Part shown: in pieces, positions 19,960 to 30,668 of the stretch | Numbering within the stretch: the first letter of the stretch is position 1 | Layout of the letters: each line of letters starts with the position of its first letter | Assembly (NCBI GenBank): GCA_045106415.1 | Contig: JBGCEP010000027.1 | Span: 89,553-153,552 of the forward strand | Source of the DNA: Oligoflexales bacterium | Lineage (GTDB): Bacteria > Bdellovibrionota_B > Oligoflexia > Oligoflexales > Bog-1112 | Length of the DNA stretch: 64,000 nt | Reading direction: 5' to 3' | Program-made: the position numbers and the translations under genes | The notes under the pieces: generated by a model | The model's input: the letters and a program-made list of their open reading frames with translations, nothing else | What the model was told of the DNA's origin: nothing | Databases searched by the model: none

Positions 19960-20127
19960 ATGGCAAAGTCAACAAGAAGAGAAAAAGTAAAATTGGTATC
20001 AACAGCAGGAACAGGGTTCTACTACACCTTGAATAAGCTCAAAGGCCAAGATAAACTTCTACTGAAAAAATACGATCCTAAAGTTCGTAAGCACGTTGAA
20101 TTCAAAGAGGCTCGACTTACAAAGTAA
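19960..20127 (+). CDS. rpmG: 50S ribosomal protein L33 (cysteine-less type)
   Basis: [22 protein letters not shown]...[23 protein letters not shown]. Confidence 0.97.
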   Translation: MAKSTRREKVKLVSTAGTGFYYTLNKLKGQDKLLLKKYDPKVRKHVEFKEARLTK

Positions 20128-20160
20128 GCCGTATTTCTTCATAAAAGAATTCTCATACAT

Positions 20161-20201
20161 GAGAGCCTACAAGATTTCGCACTTGTGGGCTTTCTGTGTT
20201 T
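20161..20201 (+). terminator. Intrinsic terminator after rpmG
   Basis: GAGAGCCTACAAG / CTTGTGGGCTTTC stem followed by a T-rich tail. Confidence 0.65.
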
Positions 20202-20278
20202 AAAAACATCTGAGAGCCATCTTGTTATACACATACAGACAAAGAAAGCTCACGAACTTCAACGCATCTGAGGTTTTC

Positions 20279-22660
20279 ATGAAATGGCTGCGCTGCGTCA
20301 TCGTTACGCTTTGTCAAATCACATGCCATTCAGCATATTGCACAAGCGACATCCAACTCCTTCCTCACCAACAGAAGGTCTTCGACTATCTCGAGGAATA
20401 CCCTGAGCTCAAAGGGCTTATTCTTTATCATGCTCTCGGCTCTGGAAAAACAGTCACATCCCTCTACTACGCAAAACACCAATCCAAAAACATTAAAATC
20501 TTAGTTCCCAACTACTTAAAGGCTCAATGGGTCCAAGAAATAAAAAAAATCGGCATCGACCCACAAAAAATTGAAATTTACAGCTACAACAAACCTGGCG
20601 ACACAAGCAACCTTGAAAAAATTGACTTCTCAGAGAGCCTGGTCATTATTGATGAAATTCAAAAACTTGTTGAGCGTGTTCGCTATTCATCAAATCCCTC
20701 AGATTTAAAGGTGTACTGGAATCTAGGGAAGTCAAAAAAAATACTTCTCCTCACTGGAACCCCTATCTTCAATGACGCAGCAGATATTGGCTACATAGGG
20801 AATCTTATTAAGGGCGGCTCTTTTTTTCCTTTTCATCCTGATGAGTTCAAAAGAAAGTATATGGAAATCAATCTTGCTCCATCACTTTTCAGAGGTCACC
20901 TCACAGAAAGCAAACTCTTCTCTATTGGCCTCCCTATTTATGGCAGCCTTCTAGCAACATCACTCAGTTCCATCGCTGGGACCAGCTTTGCTGTACCAGC
21001 AATTGCTATGCTAAGCAGCTCCGCTTTAAACGTCACAAATCAACAGTTTCCAATTCAACAAGTTCACTTTCGAAGATTCAACGCTTCTCGATTTTCAGGC
21101 TTTGCAAATCGCTATATCTCTTTTTATGAAACAGCCCACAACGACCTATCCGACTACCCAAGCAAGACTATCCACAAACGCGAAGTTGAATACACAGCAG
21201 CACAAGTTGATTTTTACATGGACTTCATAGACGGGGTTCTCCCACACGACAGACTTGAAAGAATCGTCCACGACGAAACTCGGTCATACACAAAAGCAGA
21301 ACTCAGAGTTCGCAGCGCACAGATTCAGCAAAACATACTCAAGCGTCACGACGCAGGTCGCGAAATTGGAAACCTGAGTCTAACAGGCCCAAAAGGGTTC
21401 GAGGTTTCAAAAAAGTTTATCGAAGTAGAAAAAATCATTTCTTCTAAACCTGGCCAAGTTGCTATTTATTCCTCCTATTACCACAACGGCCTTGTGCTTT
21501 TTGCAGATTTCCTAAAATCTAAGGGACACTCATTTGACGTCCTTCATTCGGACGACACACCTGAAAAAATGAAAGCAATCCTTGACCGATTTCATACAGA
21601 AACAAACCGAATTCTGTTGATCCACCCAGATATCACAGAGGGGATATCACTCAAAGGTGTCGAACAGTTCCATTTACTTGAACCAGTAAAAAACCTTGCC
21701 CTAGAGAAACAAATCATAGGAAGAAGCGTAAGATACCTTTCTCATCAACATCTCCCAAAAGAGCGTCGACACGTCGACATTTACGTTTGGTGCTCAACCG
21801 TGACATACGAGCGATTTTTCTTATTTCCCACAGACGCTGGCATTGTCCGTAGAGACCACTGGCTCAAACGATTTCAGGAAGTAAACCCTAATCTATGGAG
21901 CACAGGAATCGCTCAATTGGATTTAAAGTACTTTGAAAAAGACTACACTCCCGACCATCATGTCGAAAAAAACAAACTCCGCATAGCCACCGACATGCAA
22001 GCTTTCCAACAAGCTTGCCGCACATCCTCCCTTGAACACGGGGTGCAAACCCCAGAAAACTTCCTCGCCCACAAAAAAGACACCTCCACCCCCCTTTATC
22101 AGAGGCCACTTGTCTCCTTTGAGCTGGGCCTTTATCCTCTTTCCTACGAACTCACTGACACAAAAACAAAAGAAAAGCGTTTTGAGTTCACACAAAGAAG
22201 CGACCTTGGCTTCATCAACGAACTCCCCTACTCCTCACATATCAACGTCGGCTTTGGAATGAGGTTTAGCTCGGGCATGAGCACACCCTACATCAACAAC
22301 AAAAAAGCCAACAACCTTACAGAAGCTCTAGCCGACATCAGCATCTCTTTAATGAACCGCTTTCACGTCGAACCTTTTTCAGAGGAAACGTCGTCTTTTT
22401 TCTGGAAACAAGAATATGGCATGAGTGTCTTTTGGGCTTCTCCTTTTTACGGCTTAAGCCCTAGTTTTCGACAATCTATAGGCTGGGATCAAAGACTTCT
22501 CTCTCACCTTAGTATCTCAGCAGAATTGGGGGCTGAGGCACGAGCTTTCTTCAGAACAACGACTGTTAAAGACGTCACAGACCTGGAGCCTAAAAACTAC
22601 AACACGATGAAAAGCTTCCAACCTTTCATCGTGCTGAGCATGACATCTACCTACTTTTAA
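20279..22660 (+). CDS. SF2 helicase (NCLDV D6/D11-like motifs) with putative signal peptide and C-terminal beta-barrel-like domain
   Basis: [64 protein letters not shown] before ATG 20279. Ends ...[11 protein letters not shown]. Confidence 0.85.
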   Translation: MKWLRCVIVTLCQITCHSAYCTSDIQLLPHQQKVFDYLEEYPELKGLILYHALGSGKTVTSLYYAKHQSKNIKILVPNYLKAQWVQEIKKIGIDPQKIEIYSYNKPGDTSNLEKIDFSESLVIIDEIQKLVERVRYSSNPSDLKVYWNLGKSKKILLLTGTPIFNDAADIGYIGNLIKGGSFFPFHPDEFKRKYMEINLAPSLFRGHLTESKLFSIGLPIYGSLLATSLSSIAGTSFAVPAIAMLSSSALNVTNQQFPIQQVHFRRFNASRFSGFANRYISFYETAHNDLSDYPSKTIHKREVEYTAAQVDFYMDFIDGVLPHDRLERIVHDETRSYTKAELRVRSAQIQQNILKRHDAGREIGNLSLTGPKGFEVSKKFIEVEKIISSKPGQVAIYSSYYHNGLVLFADFLKSKGHSFDVLHSDDTPEKMKAILDRFHTETNRILLIHPDITEGISLKGVEQFHLLEPVKNLALEKQIIGRSVRYLSHQHLPKERRHVDIYVWCSTVTYERFFLFPTDAGIVRRDHWLKRFQEVNPNLWSTGIAQLDLKYFEKDYTPDHHVEKNKLRIATDMQAFQQACRTSSLEHGVQTPENFLAHKKDTSTPLYQRPLVSFELGLYPLSYELTDTKTKEKRFEFTQRSDLGFINELPYSSHINVGFGMRFSSGMSTPYINNKKANNLTEALADISISLMNRFHVEPFSEETSSFFWKQEYGMSVFWASPFYGLSPSFRQSIGWDQRLLSHLSISAELGAEARAFFRTTTVKDVTDLEPKNYNTMKSFQPFIVLSMTSTYF

Positions 22661-24042
22661 GGATGAATCATATCCTCTGCTCGCACGTACTTGTCATAAT
22701 CTTCAGCTGAAAGAAGCCCCGTTTTCACAGCCGCTTCCTTTAAAGTTAATCCTTCTTTATACGCTGTCTTTGCAATCACAGCAGCATGATCATAGCCGAT
22801 TACAGGATTTAACGCGGTAACAAGCATCAATGAACGGTTCAAATTTTCACTGATACGCTCTTTATTCGCCTCTAATCCTTCAACACAGTTCTCAGAAAAG
22901 CTTTGCGCCGCATCTGCAAGAAGACTCGCAGACTCTAAAAAATTATGAATCATGACTGGCTTAAACACGTTCAACTCAAAATGACCTTGACTCCCTGCAA
23001 TTCCGACCGCTGCATCTTGCCCCATCACATGAACCGCTACCATAGTTAGAGCCTCACACTGCGTTGGATTCACTTTACCTGGCATAATTGAACTACCGGG
23101 CTCATTTGCCGGCAGAATCAATTCTGCCAACCCACTTCTTGGCCCACTACCAAGCATACGCACATCATGAGCTATTTTCATCAGAACAACTGCAACTCTT
23201 CTCAAGGCACTACTTGCACTCACAACAGCATCATGCCCTGCAAGAGCAGCAAACTTATTAGGCGCAGTCACAAAAGGCTTCCCTGTCAAAGCAGCCAAAT
23301 GTCCCGCAACTCTTTCCCCGTATTCTGGATGAGAGTTTAAACCCGTCCCAACTGCCGTCCCCCCTAAGGCGATTTCATAAAGACCATCACGACTGCGCTT
23401 TACTTCTTCACACGCCTGCAGCAATTGATGGTGATAACCAGAGAACTCTTGCGCCAACGTTAAAGGGGTTGCATCCATCAAATGTGTTCGACCAATTTTC
23501 ACAATGCCATCAAACCTATACATACAGCCTTTAAGGCTTTTTAGTAACAGGTTCAATTTTGGGATTAACTCTTCATCAATACAATCAATCGCCGCCACAT
23601 GCATAAACGACGGGAAAGTATCATTGGAGGATTGGGATTTGTTAACATCATCGTTCGGATGAACAGGATATTTCGAACCCATTTCACCACCTGAGATTTC
23701 AATTGCTCGGTTTGAAATCACTTCATTACCATTCATATTTGTTTGAGTTCCAGACCCAGTCTGCCACACAACTAAAGGAAAATGATCATCTAAACGCCCT
23801 GCTATCACTTCATCACAAGCTTGAGAAATCAAAGATTTCTTGTCTTCAGAAAGCTTACCTAGGTCAAAATTCGTAAGCGCAGCAGCCTTTTTCACAAGCC
23901 CAATCGCGCGAATAAAAACACTAGGGAAACGGTGTCCACCAATCTTAAAGTTTCCTAAAGACCTTTGTGTTTGCGCTCCCCAATAACGATCGGAAGGAAC
24001 TTGGATTTCACCCATACTATCTATTTCTGTGCGCTCTGACAT
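22657..24042 (-). CDS. fumC: Class II fumarate hydratase
   Basis: [34 protein letters not shown] signature. Confidence 0.98.
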   Translation of the reverse strand: MSERTEIDSMGEIQVPSDRYWGAQTQRSLGNFKIGGHRFPSVFIRAIGLVKKAAALTNFDLGKLSEDKKSLISQACDEVIAGRLDDHFPLVVWQTGSGTQTNMNGNEVISNRAIEISGGEMGSKYPVHPNDDVNKSQSSNDTFPSFMHVAAIDCIDEELIPKLNLLLKSLKGCMYRFDGIVKIGRTHLMDATPLTLAQEFSGYHHQLLQACEEVKRSRDGLYEIALGGTAVGTGLNSHPEYGERVAGHLAALTGKPFVTAPNKFAALAGHDAVVSASSALRRVAVVLMKIAHDVRMLGSGPRSGLAELILPANEPGSSIMPGKVNPTQCEALTMVAVHVMGQDAAVGIAGSQGHFELNVFKPVMIHNFLESASLLADAAQSFSENCVEGLEANKERISENLNRSLMLVTALNPVIGYDHAAVIAKTAYKEGLTLKEAAVKTGLLSAEDYDKYVRAEDMIHP

Positions 24043-24113
24043 CTGACACCTCAATAAAAAAATCTCACAGCAAGATAATATATGAAAATTCTTAGCTTTT
24101 CGACATTTTCACT

Positions 24114-24140
24114 TTATCTCACGAAACAAACTTCCGATAA
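24114..24140 (+). promoter_or_regulatory. Putative sigma28 promoter
   Basis: TTAT-N15-TCCGATAA, then AGGAGG RBS. Confidence 0.5.
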
Positions 24141-24167
24141 CGCTCAGGAATTTTAGGAGGTCGCTCT

Positions 24168-24449
24168 ATGCGCATTGTAGCAAATATTCCCATCAGAAGA
24201 TTTGTACACATGACAATCACCAAAGAGTCATCCATTCATAGCATTATTGATTCATGGAGCATAGAAAGAGAAAACATCATTAAAGTCATTACCGAACATT
24301 TCATCGACATGGGAATCTTTGAGGTGTCCCCTGTCACCGACACTGAGCAAATTAGAGACTCTATCATTCACGCCCTGCACTACCACCCCGATTTCAAGGC
24401 TATGCTCATAAAAATTCATCAATCAAGAACAGCAAACACAAGAAAATAA
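24168..24449 (+). CDS. Small hypothetical protein
   Basis: 93-aa ORF with a perfect AGGAGG RBS. Confidence 0.7.
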   Translation: MRIVANIPIRRFVHMTITKESSIHSIIDSWSIERENIIKVITEHFIDMGIFEVSPVTDTEQIRDSIIHALHYHPDFKAMLIKIHQSRTANTRK

Positions 24450-24478
24450 GCACCCTCCAGACTGTGATATGGATGAGT

Positions 24479-24583
24479 TATAGAAACGCAGTATTTCTTA
24501 AATTTTTCTCGCGCCTTGATATTAGTAAAATGCCAAGTAATCTTTACTTGCACACCATTTCATTGCTCAACCTCACTTTTAAA
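24479..24583 (-). mobile_element. IS630-family transposase 3' fragment (inverted relative to the copy at 25.3-26.4 kb)
   Basis: Reverse complement encodes KITWHFTNIKAREKFKK and resembles 26280-26395 (aagattcgttgacagtttactaataccaaggcacg). Confidence 0.7.
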
Positions 24584-24584
24584 A

Positions 24585-25260
24585 ATTCGCTCCCCTATCA
24601 TACTGTGAAGAACAATTCGTACATCCCCAAAGTCTTTGGGACAGTTGAATGTCATCTCAAGTGAAATACTTCGAGCACAATTTTGTTGGAGGAAAAAAGC
24701 AGCCTATAATCATGATCTAATACCTTTTCATCTTCGCTTTGTATTCGAGTTGTCTTCAAAACCCATATCCGCTATAGACCTTGCCAATCTTGAGTCCTTC
24801 ATCATACCTTTAACGTGAAGGTCCTCAATAGCAATACAACCACAAACCTCAACACAAAGACACGTAAGCTTATGGAGAGTGTCTTGGCGTATACGAGCAA
24901 CACGAACATGATATCTTTGCGCAGTTTCTCTTTGACCTTTTACCTATTGAAAGAGACTTTTTTGTTGCGACTACAGATACGCTGAAGTCTTTGCATTTTT
25001 TTTAATCTGCTCGATACGGCCGAAGAGGCATAAAAAACTCACCACTAGAGTAGCGTAGCTAAAATCGAAATTCCTAAATCAACACCAGCAACATTCCTTT
25101 GGTTTTCAGATTTGTATTTGCATGTCGATTCCAGGTGTTTTTACGCTTAAGCTTATAAACCACCTTCCTGCAATAAGACTCACTGCTCCAGATTTGATCT
25201 CTTTTGATGGAGATTAAAAACTTTGGACCTATCCACAGAAGGCTTTCATCCGAACTTAAT
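24585..25260 (-). pseudogene. tnpB: Degraded TnpB (IS200/IS605 or IS607 family RNA-guided endonuclease)
   Basis: Frameshifted pieces: GAVSLIAGRWFISLSV; VAGVDLGISILAT (RuvC I); RIRQDTLHKLT; IAIEDLHVKGMMK...LARSIADMGF (RuvC II); RQLEYKAK; FFPPTKLCS; WGCTNCSSQYDR. Confidence 0.85.
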
Positions 25261-25289
25261 TCCTCTAGATTTTTCTTCTACCCGCCCTT

Positions 25290-26420
25290 CATGAGTTCGT
25301 CCGAGTATTCTCATTCTTTCATCTTGGGGATTTACGCCAGGAAATCGTAGATTAAAAGAAGCACAACAACCTATTCTCGTTATCAGAAATCGACACATCA
25401 GTGGTGAGCTTAAACGGACAGCGCAGGATCAACCGAGGTTCAGATCTCTGAATAAAACTAAGGAAAAACACAGAGAAAAATTGACCACTCTGACCCGCAT
25501 TGGTGCTCCGACAGAATATGCAAAATAGAGTTTACTACGACCTGCCGACAATGCTACTGAAGTGGGCATTGTTGGTAAGTAGGGTAAAACAAAATCTTAT
25601 TTACACACTCACATCCACCAAATATCGCTTTAAAAGATGGGCTTATTAACTTCTTAAAACTCTTAATACGTAAATAAAATCATCTCATAGGATTATCTCA
25701 CAACCAATTGGTTTTCATTCTAAAAAAGCACGGTTAAGCCTCACCTGAAACGACAATTTGCCTCAGCACGATTCAAATTTTGTGTGAAAAATGGAGAACA
25801 CCCTTGAAATTTATGGCCAGAAATATGACCCAGCATTTCCCGTTATTTGCTTCAATGAACACCCATATCAACTAACTAAAGATATCGTTACACCAGCAAA
25901 AACAGAACCTGTAGAGAGAAAAATGAAGATTATGACTACAAGAGGAAAACAGCACATACATTGTTTGAATGACTATTAAGCCGCTCACGTGAAAAACAAT
26001 CGTCGATGCCACTATGCGGAAAACGAAGGTAGATCATAGCAATTTCATGAAAAAAGTTTCTGCCGCCTGCCTGAGTGATAAAAAATCATTTTCTTCAGGA
26101 TAATCTCAACACTCATAATCCATATTCTTTTTATGAAAACATGCCAGCGCAAGAGGCTTTGAGCTCACCACTCGCTTTGATACGAAGCACCCACTCAAGC
26201 GCGTGAGTTAGCTTAATATGAAAGAAATAGAATGTTCGGCACTTTCAAACAATGTCTTGATAGACAAAAATTTAACAAACTTAAAAGTGAAGTCAGACAA
26301 TAGACTAAGCAACGAAACGACGCACAAATAAAGATTCGTTGACAGTTTACTAATACCAAGGCACGAAAAAAATTTGAGAAACACTACAATTATATCACCA
26401 GCTAATATGACAGCACACTA
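25290..26420 (+). pseudogene. Degraded IS630-family element
   Basis: Pieces LTTLTRIGAPTEYAK*SLLRPADNATEVGIV (HTH), MENTLEIYGQKYDPAFPVICFNEHPYQL, QDNLNTHNPYSFYE and CLDR. Right end ...ATATGACAGCACAC-TA fits an IS630 end with TA target. Left boundary approximate. Confidence 0.8.
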
Positions 26421-26473
26421 GCCTCCACAACAAAACTCTGCTATCACATGACAGAATATGGAGACACATCATA

Positions 26474-26851
26474 ATGAAAAATCTTTATGAAAAAATCGGA
26501 AGCAAAAAACTAGAAGATATTATTCGACACTTTTACGACAACGCATTCGAAGATGTCATGATAGGATATTTTTTCACTGGAAAAGATAAAGAAAAACTCA
26601 TCCGCCATCAAATCGAGTTCACAAGCCAGCTTCTTGGGTGCACAGATATAAACTATCAAGGCCAGCCTTTACCTCAAGTCCACAATAAACTTGCCGGGCT
26701 GAGAAAACCTCATTTTGATCGCAGACATCTCCTCCTCAAAGAGGCTATGTCTGCATTTCAACTTCCAAACGAGATCACAGAAGAGTGGCTAACCCTCGAG
26801 CGCCGCTTGCTCCCCTTGATCCTCGGCAGACGTACGCCCACGAAACAATAA
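26474..26851 (+). CDS. Group I truncated hemoglobin
   Basis: LYEKIG, FYD (B10 Tyr), YFF (CD1), YQGQPLPQVH (proximal His), HFD. Confidence 0.85.
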   Translation: MKNLYEKIGSKKLEDIIRHFYDNAFEDVMIGYFFTGKDKEKLIRHQIEFTSQLLGCTDINYQGQPLPQVHNKLAGLRKPHFDRRHLLLKEAMSAFQLPNEITEEWLTLERRLLPLILGRRTPTKQ

Positions 26852-28180
26852 AGAAACAGGCACGGATTCAAAACCCAATTCACGCCTCAAACCGCGCCAC
26901 ATGTAACGCTGGTAAGACTCACTTAACGCATTTGGAAAGTTACACTTCACAACAAAAGTTGGTGGGCTACACCGTACTTGAGTCGCGTAATAAAACTTCA
27001 TTCGAGCGTGCTTTTGCCTTACCAAGTGAGGGGAGTGCTTCTTTAGAAGCATCTGCAACGCTTCATTCACACGACTCGTTGGAGCTCTTTTTGCACTTTC
27101 TTCCAAGAGGTGAACAACCTGATCCATAATTTTTGGAACACGAAGATTTTCTTTCGCAGAAACAAACAGCACAGGAAGGTAGTTCAAATCTTTAAACTTA
27201 CATCGCAAGTTTTCTGTATATTGCTTTGCAGTTGAATGATCTTTCTCAATCAAATCCCACTTATTTACCACAACAAGCACTGGCTTAAACTGATGAATAG
27301 CCATATTCACAAGCCGCACATCCTGATCAGCCATTCCATCAACAGCATCAATCACTGTCACCACGCAATCGGCTCGCTGGATACCACGCAGACTTCGAAT
27401 CACACTTGCCGACTCAAGCTCATCGTGGATCTTTGTACGTCGACGCACACCAGCCGTATCAACAATGACATATGGTTTTTTATGAAAGAACAAAGTCGAG
27501 TCCACTTGATCACGCGTGGTCCCTGCAACAGGGCTCACAACCGAACGCTCCGTACCAAGCAAGCGATTCAAAATCGACGATTTTCCAACATTAGGCTTCC
27601 CTAACAAGGCAATCCGAGGCGCATCAGGGTGGTCGGCCTGGACTTTTAAAGACGAGATATTTTCTAAACGATCTTGAACCATATAGCGAAGCGTACCAAT
27701 CCCTCGACTATGCTTTGCACACAGTGGGTGCAACTCTTCTTCCCCAAGCCCCAAGGCGTGAAATTCCCATAGAGCTCCTTGATGTTCAATACCGTCAATT
27801 TTATTGACAACACATATCATCGGGCGACCAGTTTTTTGGACCTCACGAACAAGATCATGATCTCGCGGGTGAATACCTTCACGACCATCAAGCATCAGCA
27901 CCACTAAGTCCGCATCAAGAACAGCGTTCATCGTGTGACGCCACACGACTCCCCCCTCAAACGGTTGGAACATATCTTGAGGGCCCTCTAGACCACCTGT
28001 ATCAACGATCGTAAAACCATCACGACCATCTTTTTCATAACGAGCGACACCGTACAGGCAGTCTCTCGTGACTCCCGGCTGATCTCGAATAATAGATTGA
28101 TTCTGCCCTGTTAAACGATTAAATAACGTCGATTTTCCAACGTTGGGTCTGCCCACAAGAGCTACAATACCACGGATCAT
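26789..28180 (-). CDS. der: Ribosome biogenesis GTPase Der (EngA)
   Basis: Two GTPase domains (GRPNVGKST/GKPNVGKSS, DTGG/DTAG, NKID/NKWD) and a KH-like C-terminus. Confidence 0.97.
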   Translation of the reverse strand: MIRGIVALVGRPNVGKSTLFNRLTGQNQSIIRDQPGVTRDCLYGVARYEKDGRDGFTIVDTGGLEGPQDMFQPFEGGVVWRHTMNAVLDADLVVLMLDGREGIHPRDHDLVREVQKTGRPMICVVNKIDGIEHQGALWEFHALGLGEEELHPLCAKHSRGIGTLRYMVQDRLENISSLKVQADHPDAPRIALLGKPNVGKSSILNRLLGTERSVVSPVAGTTRDQVDSTLFFHKKPYVIVDTAGVRRRTKIHDELESASVIRSLRGIQRADCVVTVIDAVDGMADQDVRLVNMAIHQFKPVLVVVNKWDLIEKDHSTAKQYTENLRCKFKDLNYLPVLFVSAKENLRVPKIMDQVVHLLEESAKRAPTSRVNEALQMLLKKHSPHLVRQKHARMKFYYATQVRCSPPTFVVKCNFPNALSESYQRYMWRGLRRELGFESVPVSLLFRGRTSAEDQGEQAALEG

Positions 28181-28941
28181 ATCAACCTCTTACCATTTTC
28201 CAGGCTTTTCAAAGCCTTTTCAGCCGCCTGCTGAGAGGCTTCTTTTTTTGTTTTCGATACTGCTTGCGCGACTTTGACATCGCCAAGCATCACAGCCATC
28301 TCAAACTGTGGGGCGTGAGAAGGGCCGACCTGCGATAGCAGCGTGTAGGAAGGTGTCTGACCGTAGTCTTTCTGTGCCCATTCCTGCAAACAAGTTTTGC
28401 TATCACGAACTTGAATATCTTTTTGCATTTGTACATGATCTTGCCAGCGGCGATAAACACATTGAATCCAACACGAGGTTTTTTCATAACCCGCATCAAG
28501 AAACATCGCACCAATGACAGCTTCAAACATATTGGCCAGCAAAGAATCTTGCTCATCGGCTCTCTGGCGCTTTTCACCCATCCCAAGGGCTAAACACGGC
28601 CCAAGGTCTAAAAAACGGGATAAAGACGCTAGAGCTCTGCGACTTACTAAATTTGAGCGCTTAGAAGACAGTTCCCCTTCTGTCCATTCTTCTTCACCAT
28701 TCCAAAGCAAAGACGAAACAGAAAGACCAAGAACACTATCTCCTAAAAACTCTAACCGTTCATTCCAAGGAGCATCAACTTTTGTGCACTCCGTAGAAGC
28801 AGATCTATGAACAAAGGCTTCATAATAAAAACAAAACCGATCCTCTAAAACTCCTTCACGACTTAGAAAAGTTTTCACTTTTTGGTGAGCATCTGAATGA
28901 CACAGCCAAAAGGTCTCCCAATCAAGCGTTTTAGATTTCAT
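28177..28941 (-). CDS. rnc: Ribonuclease III
   Basis: NERLEFLGDSVL signature, FEAVIGAMFLD, C-terminal dsRBD. Confidence 0.96.
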   Translation of the reverse strand: MKSKTLDWETFWLCHSDAHQKVKTFLSREGVLEDRFCFYYEAFVHRSASTECTKVDAPWNERLEFLGDSVLGLSVSSLLWNGEEEWTEGELSSKRSNLVSRRALASLSRFLDLGPCLALGMGEKRQRADEQDSLLANMFEAVIGAMFLDAGYEKTSCWIQCVYRRWQDHVQMQKDIQVRDSKTCLQEWAQKDYGQTPSYTLLSQVGPSHAPQFEMAVMLGDVKVAQAVSKTKKEASQQAAEKALKSLENGKRLI

Positions 28942-29132
28942 ATTTGTCTGACCCCAGCACTAGGCATGACACTGCTATCACAACACGAGTCAACGCACAA
29001 AAAATACGGCTTAACTATACATAAAAACAAAACACTTTCCAATATTTTTCATAATAGCCAACCTCTTGAAATCGCTACATCCTCTAGAAAATATGTTAAT
29101 GTCAAAAGGCTTGTTGATTGCTGGAAGAATAA

Positions 29133-30227
29133 ATGACCACCCGAGTAACATTACTAAAAAAGCCAAAACTTCTTTATCAAGCTTTCTTCATCACCTTTAT
29201 GATAGGCCTCGTTTTAGGGGGTTGGTTTTTCTACTCCCACAAAAGCATGACACTCAACACCCCACAAGACATTACTCTAAGCCCGGGTCAATCCGTTCGT
29301 CACTTTGCTCAGCAATTAGAATCTCAAGGAGTCATACACTCGGCATTTACGTTTGAATTAACAGCTAGGAGCTTAGGAATAAGCGGCTCTTTTCAAGCAG
29401 GGACTTATCGTTTCACTGGTGACATTTCCTCTCTAGATATTATGCACGCTGTCCAAAAAGGCAAAACTTATAACCCTCTTACCTTAAAAATCACATTTCC
29501 AGAAGGCAGCAATCTCAAAGAGGTTTCAACCATTTTATGGCGACATCGTTTGATCTCTAAAAACTCTCTTTGGAAAGGATTTAAAGACACTCGATGGCTT
29601 CGCTCTCTTAACATTCATACTCGAACGCCTGAAGGATACATATACCCTTCAACATACATGTTTTATGGAAAAAAACCATCAGCAAAAGCCGTTATTAAAC
29701 GTGCTGTCCAAGAGTTTTTCAACACTCTTCCTAAAAATTATGAAGAGCAAGTTCAAGCAAACGGTCTCTCTCTACACGATGCTATTACGTTCGCATCTCT
29801 CATTGAAAAAGAAACCGCCCTCACCAAAGAAATGCCTTTGGTTTCTGAGGTCATTTGGGCGCGATTAAAAAACAAAGAAGCTCTTGGTATTGACGCAGCT
29901 TTGATTTACGGCATCAAAAACTACAAGGGCAACATTACCTGGAAACATCTACGTGACCGTAAAAATCCATACAACACAAGAATACACAAAGGCCTACCTC
30001 CAACACCTATTGCGTCACCGTCGATTCAAGCACTTGGTGCTGTGTTAACTCCAAGCGCAAAAGGTTATTACTTCTACGTTCTCAAACCCAACAGTAAAGA
30101 GCATCATTTTTCAAAAACCGCAAAAGAACATCAAAAACATGTCCGCTACCTTGTTCAAGCAAGCCGCCAACAAAAAGGGAAACAGCATGCCAAAGAAAAA
30201 AGCAAAAACAAAGACTCAAAACACTGA
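29133..30227 (+). CDS. mltG: Endolytic transglycosylase MltG
   Basis: N-terminal TM, TFPEG, EGYIYPSTY, ASLIEKET, PYNTRIHKGLPPTPI. Confidence 0.95.
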   Translation: MTTRVTLLKKPKLLYQAFFITFMIGLVLGGWFFYSHKSMTLNTPQDITLSPGQSVRHFAQQLESQGVIHSAFTFELTARSLGISGSFQAGTYRFTGDISSLDIMHAVQKGKTYNPLTLKITFPEGSNLKEVSTILWRHRLISKNSLWKGFKDTRWLRSLNIHTRTPEGYIYPSTYMFYGKKPSAKAVIKRAVQEFFNTLPKNYEEQVQANGLSLHDAITFASLIEKETALTKEMPLVSEVIWARLKNKEALGIDAALIYGIKNYKGNITWKHLRDRKNPYNTRIHKGLPPTPIASPSIQALGAVLTPSAKGYYFYVLKPNSKEHHFSKTAKEHQKHVRYLVQASRQQKGKQHAKEKSKNKDSKH

Positions 30228-30591
30228 GTCCGGAGCAGTCCGCCGTACAGGAGAACGTATTCCAGTACAGCTTCTCGTCGACTACCGTTCTGATGGCCAC
30301 TATTTATTTGATTTTTGCAAAGATCTCGGTGAAGGCGGTGTTTTTATTCAAACTAAAAAACCAAAGCCTCAAGGCACTATCTTGAACCTCACATTCACAC
30401 TTCCTGACAGCAGTGAGACACTTCAAACCTGTGGGACTGTCATATGGGCACAAGAACCCATAGAAGGCCGAGTCGACCTCACCCCAGGCATGGGTATTCA
30501 GTTTGACTCTTTTTCTACTGAGAATCGTCGAATTCTTGAAAAATTCGTTGATCGTTATAGCCAAGACGAAAAAACAGGCTCTTCAAACTAA
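30187..30591 (+). CDS. PilZ-domain protein (TIGR02266-like)
   Basis: RRTGERIPV (RxxxR), DLGEGGVFI (D/NxSxxG-like), PGMGIQF. Start ATG 30187. Confidence 0.88.
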   Translation: MPKKKAKTKTQNTESGAVRRTGERIPVQLLVDYRSDGHYLFDFCKDLGEGGVFIQTKKPKPQGTILNLTFTLPDSSETLQTCGTVIWAQEPIEGRVDLTPGMGIQFDSFSTENRRILEKFVDRYSQDEKTGSSN

Positions 30592-30668
30592 AAAGCCGCT
30601 GGGATTCCTCTTCAGGATTATGATACACAGCTCTTATCACTGGAGTGTTCAAACATAGGGAGAAGATC

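Noticed and set aside
24464..24818. Short + strand ORFs (66 and 60 aa)
   Set aside because: Antisense shadows of the IS630 and tnpB remnants.
24585..25260. Active TnpB/Cas12f system
   Set aside because: Multiple stops and frameshifts, missing N-terminus, and no CRISPR array or recognisable guide region.
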